Assembly: GCA_963665095.1 (NCBI GenBank)
Contig: OY762069.1
Coordinates: 5,056,001-5,120,000, forward strand
Length of the DNA stretch: 64,000 nt
Source of the DNA: an uncultured Desulfobacter sp.
GTDB lineage: Bacteria > Desulfobacterota > Desulfobacteria > Desulfobacterales > Desulfobacteraceae
Direction of reading: 5' to 3'
The notes below the pieces were generated by a model. The model saw only the letters and a list, made by a program, of their open reading frames with translations. It had not been told where the DNA came from and searched no databases. Position numbers and translations under genes: made by a program. Positions 20,353-30,580 of this stretch are shown piece after piece. Each line of letters opens with the position of its first letter. Within the stretch, counting starts at the first letter, position 1.

Positions 20353-21459
20353 GTGACCATTGATTTAAAAGAAACAGCCCAGGGTGTAGGATCTTGGCTG
20401 GATCAGATGGCTGACGGATTGGAACCCGGAAGGTTCCGTTTTTGTAGCAAAGGCTCTCTGGTTCCGGTTAGAGGCAAGGCTGGACTTATGGCTACATGCT
20501 TTGCGATGAGAAGTGCTTGGCAGTCCGGGATCTGGGACAAATGGCAGCAGGATAGAAAAGAGGCCTGTGTTCGGTTTATTCAATCCTTTCAACAGAAGGA
20601 CGGTTTTTTCTATGACCCGTGGCTGAATAGAAAAGCAGGAATTAGTCTTGAAACTATCGTTAATCTTTTGCTGGGAAGGGTTCCTATAAATATTTTGTAT
20701 CAGCAGAAAAAATTAAATATGCGTGCGGAAACCCGTCAATGTATAGGAGATCTATTTAACGTTGGTGAAAAATCGCTATCCCCTGCCCCTATTGAATATC
20801 CAGATCCTTTAAGTTTTCAAAAATATATAAGGACGCTTTCCTGGACCCAGCCTTATTCTGCTGGGAGTCATTTGAGCCACCTGATGTGTTTTCTTGCCGT
20901 AAATAAGGAATATTTCCCTCCCACGGAGAATTGCGATTTTATGATAAGTGAAATTTTAAAATTGTTATCCGAATTATATGATGAGGAAACCGGAACATGG
21001 TTCCTGGGAAAACCTGAGAACGTATTTAAAATCAATGGGGCTATGAAAATTCTTTCAGGCCTGCAATGGCTTGGACAAAAATTGGACAATCCTGAAAAAC
21101 TGATAGACTTTGCATTGGCCCAGCCTTTTCAAAATGACGGTTGCGGGATGTTGAATCGCCTGTTTGTTTTGCAACAGGCTGGTAAGAGTGCCCCAGAGGG
21201 ATACCGCTATAGGGAGATTCAAAAGATCGCTTCCCGCGCCCTTGCCTCCGTTCAAGAATTCCGAAATTCAGATGGTGGGTTTTCATTTTATAAGCATAGA
21301 AGCCAGCCTTCTTATTATGGTGCAAAAGTCTCTAAAGGGCTTGATGTCAGTGACCTTCATGGAACAGCCATGATGACCTGGGCTATTGGTGTTTCCCTGG
21401 ACCTTCTTGGCGAAAACGCGCCTGATGGCGCTGAAAACTGGCATTGTCATCGCGCCTGA
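20353..21459 (+). CDS. Hypothetical protein with prenyltransferase/terpene-cyclase-like (alpha/alpha barrel) repeats
   Basis: QW-like motifs FIQSFQQKDGFF and FRNSDGGFS; GTG start behind AGGA. Confidence 0.5.
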   Translation: MTIDLKETAQGVGSWLDQMADGLEPGRFRFCSKGSLVPVRGKAGLMATCFAMRSAWQSGIWDKWQQDRKEACVRFIQSFQQKDGFFYDPWLNRKAGISLETIVNLLLGRVPINILYQQKKLNMRAETRQCIGDLFNVGEKSLSPAPIEYPDPLSFQKYIRTLSWTQPYSAGSHLSHLMCFLAVNKEYFPPTENCDFMISEILKLLSELYDEETGTWFLGKPENVFKINGAMKILSGLQWLGQKLDNPEKLIDFALAQPFQNDGCGMLNRLFVLQQAGKSAPEGYRYREIQKIASRALASVQEFRNSDGGFSFYKHRSQPSYYGAKVSKGLDVSDLHGTAMMTWAIGVSLDLLGENAPDGAENWHCHRA

Positions 21460-21493
21460 TAATTATAACTTTCTAAAATGATCCACACCTGTT

Positions 21494-22318
21494 TTGGAAA
21501 AATATTTTGATATTTTGAATACTCGCCTTGTTTTCATCGGAAACAAGGCGAGTGAAACGTTTTGGAATTCCCATTGGGAGAAACAGGATATTAGACAACT
21601 TGTCAAATCCGCCGTTTTCAACCGATTGATTCTTGGTCCGACAAGGAAATATCTGCCTCAAGGTGGCAAAATTCTGGAAGGCGGGTGCGGCCTGTGTCAG
21701 AATGTCTATTCTTTACATAAGAACGGATACGATACCTATGGCGTTGATTATGCCATGGAAACGGTGAGGCGGGTCAATGAGGCCATGCCGGAATTGAAAG
21801 TGTTCCGGGGCGATGTGCGCCATCTGGATTTTGATGATGACTATTTTGAAGGATACTGGTCCCTGGGTGTCATTGAGCATTTTTATTTAGGGTATGACGA
21901 TATTTTAAAAGAGATGAGCAGAGTGACCAAAGCTGGGGGCTATGTTTTTTTGACGTTTCCTTGTATGTCTCGTTTCAGGCAAACGAAAGCAGGACAGTCA
22001 AAATACAGACCCTGGTCTGCGGATCATGCTCTGATTGAGAATTTTTACCAGTTTGCTTTGCCTGTTAAAGAGGTCGTTGCAAAATTTTTAAATATGCGGT
22101 TTTCTCTTGTTCAAAGCCTTCCTTTGGGTGGGCTTAAGGGGTTTAAGGATGAGATTGAATATGCCCCATTGAACAAGGTTCTTCAAACACTGTATGACTC
22201 AACATCCTTTCCTTTTAAGGCACTTGCATGGGGGCTGGATCGTGTTTTGGCTCCATATGCAGGGCACAGCCGGCTTTTGGTTTTTAAAAATATGAAAAGC
22301 AATTCTTCCAATGGTTAG
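21494..22318 (+). CDS. Class I SAM-dependent methyltransferase
   Basis: ILEGGCG, GDVRHL, SLGVIEHF. Confidence 0.85.
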   Translation: MEKYFDILNTRLVFIGNKASETFWNSHWEKQDIRQLVKSAVFNRLILGPTRKYLPQGGKILEGGCGLCQNVYSLHKNGYDTYGVDYAMETVRRVNEAMPELKVFRGDVRHLDFDDDYFEGYWSLGVIEHFYLGYDDILKEMSRVTKAGGYVFLTFPCMSRFRQTKAGQSKYRPWSADHALIENFYQFALPVKEVVAKFLNMRFSLVQSLPLGGLKGFKDEIEYAPLNKVLQTLYDSTSFPFKALAWGLDRVLAPYAGHSRLLVFKNMKSNSSNG

Positions 22319-22997
22319 AGAAGGGCTTCTTAAAATTCTAAAACATCGTCGGTTGGTAAAGTTGTTTTTAAACCTGTCTTTAAAGGGTCATAATATCTGT
22401 TATCAGCTGGCAGGGATGTTGAGCGCTGAACTTGAAAAAGACGGGCTTCATCCTAAGCACAGGTTGATGAAATACCACGACTGGTTCATGTCAAAGCTTC
22501 AAAAAGATTGGGCAGTCCTTGATATTGGCTGCGGAAACGGCGCACTGGCTTATGATATGAAATCAGTCTGTCGGTCTGTGGTAGGCATTGATATAGATCC
22601 CGGTAATATACGCCGGGCAGAAAAGCAGCATGCCAGGCCAGGGATTACTTATATATGTGCGGATGCGTTGACTTATCCTTTTGAACTAAAATTTCAGGCG
22701 GTTGTCCTTTCCAACGTGCTTGAACATATTCAATTTCGGGTGGAGTTTTTAAAGCAGATCTTTGCAGGGCAGGATTGTGAATCTCCGCCGGTGCTTCTTC
22801 TCAGGGTTCCGATGATGACAAGAGACTGGATTACCCTGTATAAAAAAGAGCAGGGGATTGAGTGGCGTCTGGATCATTCTCATTTCACAGAATATACCCT
22901 TGAGCAGGTGTTTGATGAGGTGTCTAAAGCAGGTCTTGTGGTGGCGGAATATGATATCCGGTTTGGGGAGTTTTACGGGGTTGTAACAAAGGATTAA
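22311..22997 (+). CDS. Class I SAM-dependent methyltransferase
   Basis: VLDIGCGNG, GIDID, SNVLEHI. Confidence 0.85.
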   Translation: MVREGLLKILKHRRLVKLFLNLSLKGHNICYQLAGMLSAELEKDGLHPKHRLMKYHDWFMSKLQKDWAVLDIGCGNGALAYDMKSVCRSVVGIDIDPGNIRRAEKQHARPGITYICADALTYPFELKFQAVVLSNVLEHIQFRVEFLKQIFAGQDCESPPVLLLRVPMMTRDWITLYKKEQGIEWRLDHSHFTEYTLEQVFDEVSKAGLVVAEYDIRFGEFYGVVTKD

Positions 22998-23004
22998 TTT
23001 TTAG

Positions 23005-24090
23005 ATGAAAAAAGCACTTGTAACCGGGATCACAGGCCAGGATGGGGCTTATTTAGCCAAGCTTCTTCTTGATAAAGGATATGAGGTACACGGAATCAAG
23101 CGGCGTGCGTCGCTGTTTAATACGGATCGCATAGACTATCTTTACCAGGATCCACATTTGGAAGATCGCCGTCTGATCCTTCATTACGGAGATCTTACTG
23201 ACGCAACCAATATTATTCGTATCTTGCAGCAGGTCCGGCCGGACGAAGTATACAATCTGGCAGCCCAAAGCCATGTCCGGGTATCCTTTGAGTCTCCCGA
23301 GTACACAGCAGACACGAATGCTCTGGGCACTATGCGAATCCTGGAAGGTATACGTCTTTTGGGCCTGGAAGGGAAAACCCGGTTTTACCAGGCTTCTACT
23401 TCTGAACTGTTTGGCAAAGTCCGGGAAACACCTCAAACTGAAGAAACGCCATTTTACCCCCGCTCCCCTTATGCATGTGCAAAACTTTATGCGTATTGGA
23501 TCACGGTTAATTACAGGGAGGCCTATGGCATATATGCCTGCAACGGCATTCTTTTTAATCATGAATCACCTGTCCGGGGAGAAACGTTCGTTACCCGGAA
23601 AATTACCCGGGCTTTGAGCCGGATTTATCTGGGGATGCAGGATTGTTTATACCTGGGCAATCTTAATGCATTACGGGACTGGGGCCATGCAAAAGATTAT
23701 GTTGAAATGCAGTGGCTGATGCTTCAGCAGGAGCATCCGGATGACTATGTTATTGCCACCGGTGAACAGCATTCCGTCCGGGAGTTTGTGGCGTTGTCTG
23801 CCAAAGAACTAGGGATGGCGATTGAGTGGCAGGGAACAGGGGTGGATGAAAAAGGAATCAATCCGCTAAACGGCAAAACGATTGTGGCTGTGGATCCACG
23901 TTACTTCAGACCCACGGAAGTTGAGACGCTTTTAGGCGATCCCTCCAAGGCAAAAAGAAACTTGGGATGGGAACCGAAAATCAGTTTTGAACAGCTGGTC
24001 AGGGAAATGACATTGTCTGATTTGGAAGAAGCCAGACGGGATGAACTTTGTCAAAATGCCGGCTTCCAGGTATTTGTCCAAAATGAATAG
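23005..24090 (+). CDS. gmd: GDP-mannose 4,6-dehydratase
   Basis: [49 protein letters not shown]. Confidence 0.97.
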   Translation: MKKALVTGITGQDGAYLAKLLLDKGYEVHGIKRRASLFNTDRIDYLYQDPHLEDRRLILHYGDLTDATNIIRILQQVRPDEVYNLAAQSHVRVSFESPEYTADTNALGTMRILEGIRLLGLEGKTRFYQASTSELFGKVRETPQTEETPFYPRSPYACAKLYAYWITVNYREAYGIYACNGILFNHESPVRGETFVTRKITRALSRIYLGMQDCLYLGNLNALRDWGHAKDYVEMQWLMLQQEHPDDYVIATGEQHSVREFVALSAKELGMAIEWQGTGVDEKGINPLNGKTIVAVDPRYFRPTEVETLLGDPSKAKRNLGWEPKISFEQLVREMTLSDLEEARRDELCQNAGFQVFVQNE

Positions 24091-24098
24091 AGAACGGG

Positions 24099-25115
24099 TT
24101 GGAAATGAATAAATCAGACAAAATTTTTATAGCCGGGGCCACGGGTATGGTTGGCAGTGCCATTATTCGAAATCTTGCTGCAAAAGGATTTAACAACCTG
24201 ATAGGATCCATTCATTCAAGGTCTTTAGATGAATTTAAAAATCTTCCAATCAGACTGGTGTCGATGGATCTTAGAAAGCAGGCAGATGTCAGCGAATTTT
24301 TCCAGGCGGAAAAACCTGCGTATGTCTTTCTGGCGGCTGCCAGGGTTGGCGGTATTCACGCGAACAATACGTATCCTGCTGAATTTATATACGATAATCT
24401 TGCTATGCAGAATAGTATTATCCATTCGTCCTACGAAAATCGGGTTGAGCGACTGCTATTTCTGGGATCGTCCTGCATATATCCGAGAGAAGCACCCCAG
24501 CCTATGAGGGAGGAATACCTGCTGACAGGACTTTTAGAGCCTACCAATGAACCTTACGCCCTTGCCAAGATTGCCGGCATAAAAATGTGCGAAGCCTACA
24601 ACAGGCAGTATGGCACCAGATATCTCGCCGTGATGCCTACGAATCTTTATGGCCCGAATGATAATTTTGATCTTGATAATTCCCATGTGCTTCCTGCACT
24701 GATTCGCAAATTTTACGAAGCAAAAAAAGCAAAGCAAAAGCAGGTTGTGCTCTGGGGGACCGGATCCCCTCGAAGAGAGTTTCTCCACGTGGATGACCTG
24801 GCTGATGCGGCTGTACATGTCATGATGCTCTCTCATAACGTTGTGGACAAGCACCTGGCCTGTTACCCCGCCCCTTGTTTTGTCAATGTCGGTACAGGAA
24901 TTGACTGCAGTATCAGAGAGCTGGCTCAGATGATCAAAAAGATAGCAGGGTTTGACGGGAATCTTGTTTTTGATTTGGATAAACCGGACGGCGCACCTCA
25001 GAAGTTGCTTAATGTGGATCGATTATCACAGTTAGGCTGGTCAGCGACTATCCCCCTGGAAGAAGGTGTTAGAAATACCTATCTGGGGTATCAGCACATC
25101 TGTCTTAAATCCTGA
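24099..25115 (+). CDS. fcl: GDP-L-fucose synthase
   Basis: GATGMVGSA, AARVGGI, LGSSCIYP, NEPYALAK, SHVLPALI, REFLHVDD; follows gmd. Confidence 0.95.
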   Translation: MEMNKSDKIFIAGATGMVGSAIIRNLAAKGFNNLIGSIHSRSLDEFKNLPIRLVSMDLRKQADVSEFFQAEKPAYVFLAAARVGGIHANNTYPAEFIYDNLAMQNSIIHSSYENRVERLLFLGSSCIYPREAPQPMREEYLLTGLLEPTNEPYALAKIAGIKMCEAYNRQYGTRYLAVMPTNLYGPNDNFDLDNSHVLPALIRKFYEAKKAKQKQVVLWGTGSPRREFLHVDDLADAAVHVMMLSHNVVDKHLACYPAPCFVNVGTGIDCSIRELAQMIKKIAGFDGNLVFDLDKPDGAPQKLLNVDRLSQLGWSATIPLEEGVRNTYLGYQHICLKS

Positions 25116-25147
25116 TTTCAAATTATTATACTTCTTATTCCATAGAT

Positions 25148-26341
25148 ATGTCATCGTATCACCATGCAAAGGCTGCAGTGTTCAGCCCATTTCATCTTTT
25201 GGTTTTTTTTACCTATGGAAACTGCCTTGGGACATGGGCTGATGCAGGACTTTTAAGCAGAGAACTTCTGCTTTATAAAAAAATGGTAGCGCGTGGGAAC
25301 CGGGTTACCCTGCTGACCTATGGAACAAACCGGGATTATCAATATGCAAGGGAGCTTGAAGGAATTGATGTCATACCGGTATATGCATTGTTTAAAAAAA
25401 GTAAAAACAAATGGATTAATTTTTTTAAGTCTTTTCTCTTTATTTTTCATCCAAGGTTAAAAGGAGTCATTAAAGACGCGGATGTTATTAAAACCAACCA
25501 GATGTTTGGCGCCTGGTTGGCCATTCTGGCTGCAAAGTTTTATCAAAAACCCCTGGTTGTCCGTTGCGGTTATGAGATGCTTAGAAATATGACACGAGGC
25601 GAGAGAAAGTTGTTAAAGCGCCTGGCTAATTTTTTTTGGGGTTATTTGCTTGAGCTGGCAGCCTATTTATCCGCAAACCAAATCATTATTTCAAGTGAGT
25701 CAGATTGCCAGTTCATTCATAGGATTTTTCCGGTTAATAAGTGTAAAATTTCTGTGATTAGAAATTTTATTGATACAGACCAGTTCCAGGCAGATTTGAT
25801 GGAGTCAAATGCCCGTATTGATAAACGCCTTCTTTTTGTCGGTCGTCTAGAACCCTGCAAAAATTTAGAGAGCCTTATCAAGGCTGCGGAAATGGCAGGC
25901 TGGCAGCTGGATATTATCGGAAAGGGTGTTTTAGAAGGGCCTTTGAAAGCAATGGCTGAAAACCATAAATATCATGTTAAATTCTTAGGACTTTTTGAAA
26001 ATAAGGAAATACCGTCAGTTATCAAAAAGTATCAGTTTTATATTCTACCCTCTTTTTTTGAGTGCAGCCCTAAAAGCCTTTTAGAAGCAATGTCTTGCCA
26101 AAGAGTGGTAATTGGAACAGATGTTGATGGTATAAAGGAAGTAATAAGAGATGGAGAGTCTGGGTTTCTGTGTAAGACAGATTCTTTATCCATTTGCCAG
26201 ACGCTTCATAAAATATTTAATATGCCTGAAGATATGCTTGTGAAAATCGGTTGCAAGGCCAGACAGTTTGTGGTGGATCAGAGTTCCTTGGATAGTGTCT
26301 ACAAAAAAGAGATGAACATTTATAATCAATTGTTGTCATGA
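25148..26341 (+). CDS. GT4 glycosyltransferase
   Basis: FVGRLEPCKN, PKSLLEAMSC, DVDGIKE. Confidence 0.85.
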   Translation: MSSYHHAKAAVFSPFHLLVFFTYGNCLGTWADAGLLSRELLLYKKMVARGNRVTLLTYGTNRDYQYARELEGIDVIPVYALFKKSKNKWINFFKSFLFIFHPRLKGVIKDADVIKTNQMFGAWLAILAAKFYQKPLVVRCGYEMLRNMTRGERKLLKRLANFFWGYLLELAAYLSANQIIISSESDCQFIHRIFPVNKCKISVIRNFIDTDQFQADLMESNARIDKRLLFVGRLEPCKNLESLIKAAEMAGWQLDIIGKGVLEGPLKAMAENHKYHVKFLGLFENKEIPSVIKKYQFYILPSFFECSPKSLLEAMSCQRVVIGTDVDGIKEVIRDGESGFLCKTDSLSICQTLHKIFNMPEDMLVKIGCKARQFVVDQSSLDSVYKKEMNIYNQLLS

Positions 26342-27147
26342 ACAGCTGGTGCGAATTATCCGTTGTCATGTCGGTTTATAACGGCCAGGACCATCTTGAA
26401 GAAGCGATTGACAGCATCCTGAATCAAAGCTTTACTGATTTTGAGTTTATTATTATCAATGATGGCTCTACAGATAAAACAAGGAAAATTCTTGATGAAT
26501 TCGCAGCACAAGATTTTCGAATCAGGGTTATTCACCAGGAAAATTCAGGACTTGCCGTTTCATTGAATCGGGGAATTCGAATGGCTCGGGGAAATTTTAT
26601 TGCAAGGCAGGATGCAGATGACGTCAGCCTGCCGGAGCGTTTGGAAAAACAGATGACGTTTTTACAATCCAATCCCCAGGTGGTTTTGTGCGGTACCTGG
26701 TTTTTAGAGAACAATCAGGACAAGGGTCAAATGATAAGAAAATACCCCTTGGATGATCAGACTCTGAGGAAATATATAAATTACGTAAATTTTTTCTGCC
26801 ATCCTTCTGTTATGTTTTTAAAGGAAGCCTTTATCAAATCAGGCGGATACGATGAACAGCTCCCCACAGGACAGGATTTTGAGTTCTGGATGCGTCTGTG
26901 TCGGTTCGGAGAGGTAAGAAATATTCCCCAAGTCCTAATCAAAAAGCGCATTGGTTTCGGTCAGGCCATTTCTTGGCAGCAGCGGAGCCGGAAGCTTGAG
27001 CTGTGGCAGCTCATTTTCAGAAAACACTTTAAAAAGTGGAGTAGAATAAATATAGTTTTATTTGTCCGCTTTTATCTCCCCCTCCTTGTCTACCAATATA
27101 TACCAGTTCCCATATTGAAGCTTGTTCGTGCCATAAGATATCGATGA
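26338..27147 (+). CDS. GT2 glycosyltransferase
   Basis: SVVMSVYN, INDGSTD, ARQDADD, QDFEFW. Confidence 0.9.
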   Translation: MNSWCELSVVMSVYNGQDHLEEAIDSILNQSFTDFEFIIINDGSTDKTRKILDEFAAQDFRIRVIHQENSGLAVSLNRGIRMARGNFIARQDADDVSLPERLEKQMTFLQSNPQVVLCGTWFLENNQDKGQMIRKYPLDDQTLRKYINYVNFFCHPSVMFLKEAFIKSGGYDEQLPTGQDFEFWMRLCRFGEVRNIPQVLIKKRIGFGQAISWQQRSRKLELWQLIFRKHFKKWSRINIVLFVRFYLPLLVYQYIPVPILKLVRAIRYR

Positions 27148-27159
27148 TGTGTATTTAAC

Positions 27160-29031
27160 ATGTGCGGAATAATTGCCTATTTTTCATTCTCAGGGATGCC
27201 GATAACCGGCCATCTTATAGAGCAGATGAACCATACCCAGAGATTACGGGGACCGGATCATTCTGAGCAGGTTTTAATAGAAGATGGGAAAATTGGTCTG
27301 GCCCACACCCGGCTGTCTATTATCGACCTGTCATCCCAGGCAAACCAGCCCATGTGTACAAGCGATAAAAAACGCTGGATTGTTTTTAACGGAGAGATCT
27401 ACAATTTTAAACAGGTTCGTGAAAAACTCTCCGGTGCAGGTGCTGTATTTCGGACCCGGTCTGATACGGAAGTGCTGTTGGAAGCCCTTTCTAAGTGGGG
27501 CATAGACGCCCTTGAAATGGTAGAGGGTATTTTTTCTTTTGCCTATGTTGACATGGAAAAAGGCTATCTTCTGGCCGCAAGGGACAGGGTTGGCGTGAAG
27601 CCTCTGGCTTATTTGAAAACCGATCAGTTTATCTGTTTCGCATCCACCCTGACCCCGTTGACGCTACTGCCCGGGTTTTCCAGGGAGATTGACCAGATCG
27701 CCAAATTTGAGATGCTGACATCCAAATATGTCGTGTCACCAAGAAGTATTTACAAGCAGATTCGCAAAGTTGAGCCGGGTACCTGGATGAAAATTTCTTT
27801 TTCCGGGAACGTGTCAACCGGAGAATACTGGTCACTCAAAACCTGCAAAAAAGCCCTAAGCATTAAGGCGCGGAATGAAATCTCAGGGATTAATGCTCTG
27901 AAATTTGCCTTAAAAAATGCCGTTCAACGGCAGTTGACGGCCGATGTCCCTGTGGGCGTATTTCTTTCGGGAGGAATTGATTCTGCCCTTATGGCGGCCA
28001 TTGCAAGTGAATATGATGGTAACTTGAAAAGTTTTACGGTGGGGTATAAGGAACCGGGGGTGGATGAGTCAGAAGATGCCAGGGCTACGGCAAAGATTCT
28101 GGGAACAAACCATCAGGAGCTCATCGTCACCCCGGATCAGGTCATCGATATTGCCCAGTCTGTTTTCCGGGTATATGACGAACCCTTTGGCGATGCCTCG
28201 GCAATCCCAACCTATCTGGTGAGCCGGTTTGCTTCACAGCAGGTAAAGGTGGTACTTTCCGGTGACGGGGGAGATGAGCAGTTTTTCGGGTATTTAAGAT
28301 ATCACAGGATGGCACTGATAGGCCGGTTGATACGGCAACGACCGGATTGGCTTAAGAAAATACTTTTGCTGTTGGATAAAGCGCGGCCCAGGCCTGTTGT
28401 CTGGCATGCCCTGACGGCTGCCTTAGGATTTCCCGATGAGGAGACTCGATACACTCATTATCTGCTTGATAATTTTGCATGTCTGGCCGAACTGGCCGGG
28501 GGCGGACCTGCATCCACTCTCTGGCAATGTGGCCATTATGATAAAAACAGCCGGGGGCATTTGGCCGCAGATAGTTTACAGGAAGGAATGATGTTTGCGG
28601 ATATTCTGAATTACCTTCCTAACGATTGCCTCACAAAAGTTGACCGGGCCTCCATGGCCAATTCTGTTGAAGTTAGAGTTCCCTTGCTTGATGAATATGT
28701 GCTTAATGAAAGCCTTACCATTCCCATATCCATGAAGTGGAGAGCAGGACAGGGAAAATACATTACAAGGCGAATCCTGGAAGAGTACCTCCCGAAAGCA
28801 TATCTAAACCGGCCTAAAAAGGGGTTTGGTGTCCCTTTGAATAAGTGGCTGTTCAATGAAATGGAAGATTTTACCATGGCGCTTTTGACAAAAAAAAATC
28901 TGGAAAAGGCAGACCTGGATTATACTGGGGTGCAAAAAATAATCAAACACCACCGCTCCGGGCGGTACGACCACCAGTATTTTCTCTGGCCTTTATGCTG
29001 TTATGTTTCGTGGATACTTGCCGGTGCATAA
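27160..29031 (+). CDS. asnB: Second asparagine-synthase-like amidotransferase
   Basis: MCGI, RGPD, RLSIID, FNGEIYN, LSGGIDS, SGDGGDE, KVDRASM. Confidence 0.92.
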   Translation: MCGIIAYFSFSGMPITGHLIEQMNHTQRLRGPDHSEQVLIEDGKIGLAHTRLSIIDLSSQANQPMCTSDKKRWIVFNGEIYNFKQVREKLSGAGAVFRTRSDTEVLLEALSKWGIDALEMVEGIFSFAYVDMEKGYLLAARDRVGVKPLAYLKTDQFICFASTLTPLTLLPGFSREIDQIAKFEMLTSKYVVSPRSIYKQIRKVEPGTWMKISFSGNVSTGEYWSLKTCKKALSIKARNEISGINALKFALKNAVQRQLTADVPVGVFLSGGIDSALMAAIASEYDGNLKSFTVGYKEPGVDESEDARATAKILGTNHQELIVTPDQVIDIAQSVFRVYDEPFGDASAIPTYLVSRFASQQVKVVLSGDGGDEQFFGYLRYHRMALIGRLIRQRPDWLKKILLLLDKARPRPVVWHALTAALGFPDEETRYTHYLLDNFACLAELAGGGPASTLWQCGHYDKNSRGHLAADSLQEGMMFADILNYLPNDCLTKVDRASMANSVEVRVPLLDEYVLNESLTIPISMKWRAGQGKYITRRILEEYLPKAYLNRPKKGFGVPLNKWLFNEMEDFTMALLTKKNLEKADLDYTGVQKIIKHHRSGRYDHQYFLWPLCCYVSWILAGA

Positions 29032-30163
29032 AAATAACACTGTAGCAGCAGCAAAAGGAAATAAGGGAAAGAACATTCGACTGGTTTTTGTGTCTACCCT
29101 TGTCTATAACTATTTTTTTCCAGGCAGAGTAAAACAGGCAGGTGGGCAAACCCGTATTTATAATCTTGCCAGAAGTTTTGCCCGTTTAAAAGGGTATGAG
29201 GTATTTTGTCTGGTTGGCGATTTTGGCCAGCCTGAGCGGGTTGTCCGGGAAAACGTCACCCTGGTAAAGTCCAGGATCGACCAGCCTTTGGCTGTATTCC
29301 AGGTCGCCAGGGTTTTAAAATTATTAGACCCCGATATTATCCTGGATTTCTGTGCCTCCCCAAGACTGTTTCTTTATGCCGTGCTGAAGCGGATGTTGCA
29401 AATAAAAATTGTATTTTTTACCGGTAGTGACAACGATGTGAACGGCGGGTATAAAAAGGTTGAGAATCCAGTTTTTGACCTTTTTTACAGGATCGGATTA
29501 AGGCATGCAGATGATATTATAGCCCAGGTACCGCTTCATCAAACGCTTCTAAGAAAAAAATTTGGTTTGAAGTCCAGGCTGGTCCTTTCTCCTTATCTTG
29601 AGATGCCACCTTTGGAAAGAGTGGATAAAGATATAATTCTCTGGGTTGGCAGAGCCGCATATTATAAGAACCCAGAACTCTTTGTTCAGCTTGCCCGGGC
29701 GCATCCCGGGGAAAAATTTGTCATGATTTGCAATACCAGCCCATATGATAACGGATTCATGGATAGTATAAAGAAAAGGCTGGATGACATACCGAATCTG
29801 GAATTCTATGAATATGTCCCTTTCCCCGCAATGGAAAGCTATTACAGCCGTGCAAAACTTCTTGTGAATACATCTGATTTTGAGGGATTTCCCAATACTT
29901 TCATTGAAGCTGCTGTCAAGGCCACTCCGGTCTTGTCCCTAAATTCAGATCCCAACGCAATGCTATCCATCCGTGGCGGTGGGCGCTGCTGTAACGGAGA
30001 TGTCCAATGCATGGGACGCCAGTTAAAACAGATGCTGGCCAAGGAGTCAATGCTGGCAGAGATGGGGCGCTGCATTTTTAATTATGCCAACCGGTTCCAC
30101 CGTCTGGAAAGCGCTGTCAGGAAGCTGGACATGTGTTTCAGGAAGGTTCTGTGGGAAAGTTAA
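29003..30163 (+). CDS. GT4 glycosyltransferase
   Basis: LWVGR..YKNPE, FEGFPNTFIEA. Start uncertain (GTG at 29024 possible). Confidence 0.85.
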   Translation: MFRGYLPVHKNNTVAAAKGNKGKNIRLVFVSTLVYNYFFPGRVKQAGGQTRIYNLARSFARLKGYEVFCLVGDFGQPERVVRENVTLVKSRIDQPLAVFQVARVLKLLDPDIILDFCASPRLFLYAVLKRMLQIKIVFFTGSDNDVNGGYKKVENPVFDLFYRIGLRHADDIIAQVPLHQTLLRKKFGLKSRLVLSPYLEMPPLERVDKDIILWVGRAAYYKNPELFVQLARAHPGEKFVMICNTSPYDNGFMDSIKKRLDDIPNLEFYEYVPFPAMESYYSRAKLLVNTSDFEGFPNTFIEAAVKATPVLSLNSDPNAMLSIRGGGRCCNGDVQCMGRQLKQMLAKESMLAEMGRCIFNYANRFHRLESAVRKLDMCFRKVLWES

Positions 30164-30576
30164 ATCATAGCGGGTTCACCCTGATAGAGACGCTTGTAGC
30201 CGTCATTGTGCTTTCCATTTGTATTGTAGTTATTATGCAGGTCTTTTCCTCCGGCCTTAAAGCGCTTCCATCAACCCAGAACTATTTGAAGGCTTTTCTT
30301 TATGCCCGGAACAAAATGGAGCAGGTCCTGTTGACAGGGAACTTTCAGCAGGGTGAGAGCTCCGGCTCCCAGGCCGACGGTACTTTTTCATGGCAGATGA
30401 ATATCAGTGAAGAGTCCTTTGATACCGACGATGAAGAAAGTGACCAAAGCTCAGGAAAAACGAATAAAGGCAGTTCGAATTTTCTTTTTTACAGGATTGA
30501 CCTCAGCGTATTCTGGCATCAGGGAGACAAAGAAAAAAACTACAGTCTGTCAACGCTGGTGACTAAAGAGAAGTAA
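30151..30576 (+). CDS. gspI: Minor pseudopilin GspI
   Basis: G|FTLIETLVAV prepilin motif, VFSSGL. GTG at 30151 behind AGGAAGG; ORF also open from ATG 30133. Confidence 0.82.
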   Translation: MGKLNHSGFTLIETLVAVIVLSICIVVIMQVFSSGLKALPSTQNYLKAFLYARNKMEQVLLTGNFQQGESSGSQADGTFSWQMNISEESFDTDDEESDQSSGKTNKGSSNFLFYRIDLSVFWHQGDKEKNYSLSTLVTKEK

Positions 30577-30580
30577 AAAT

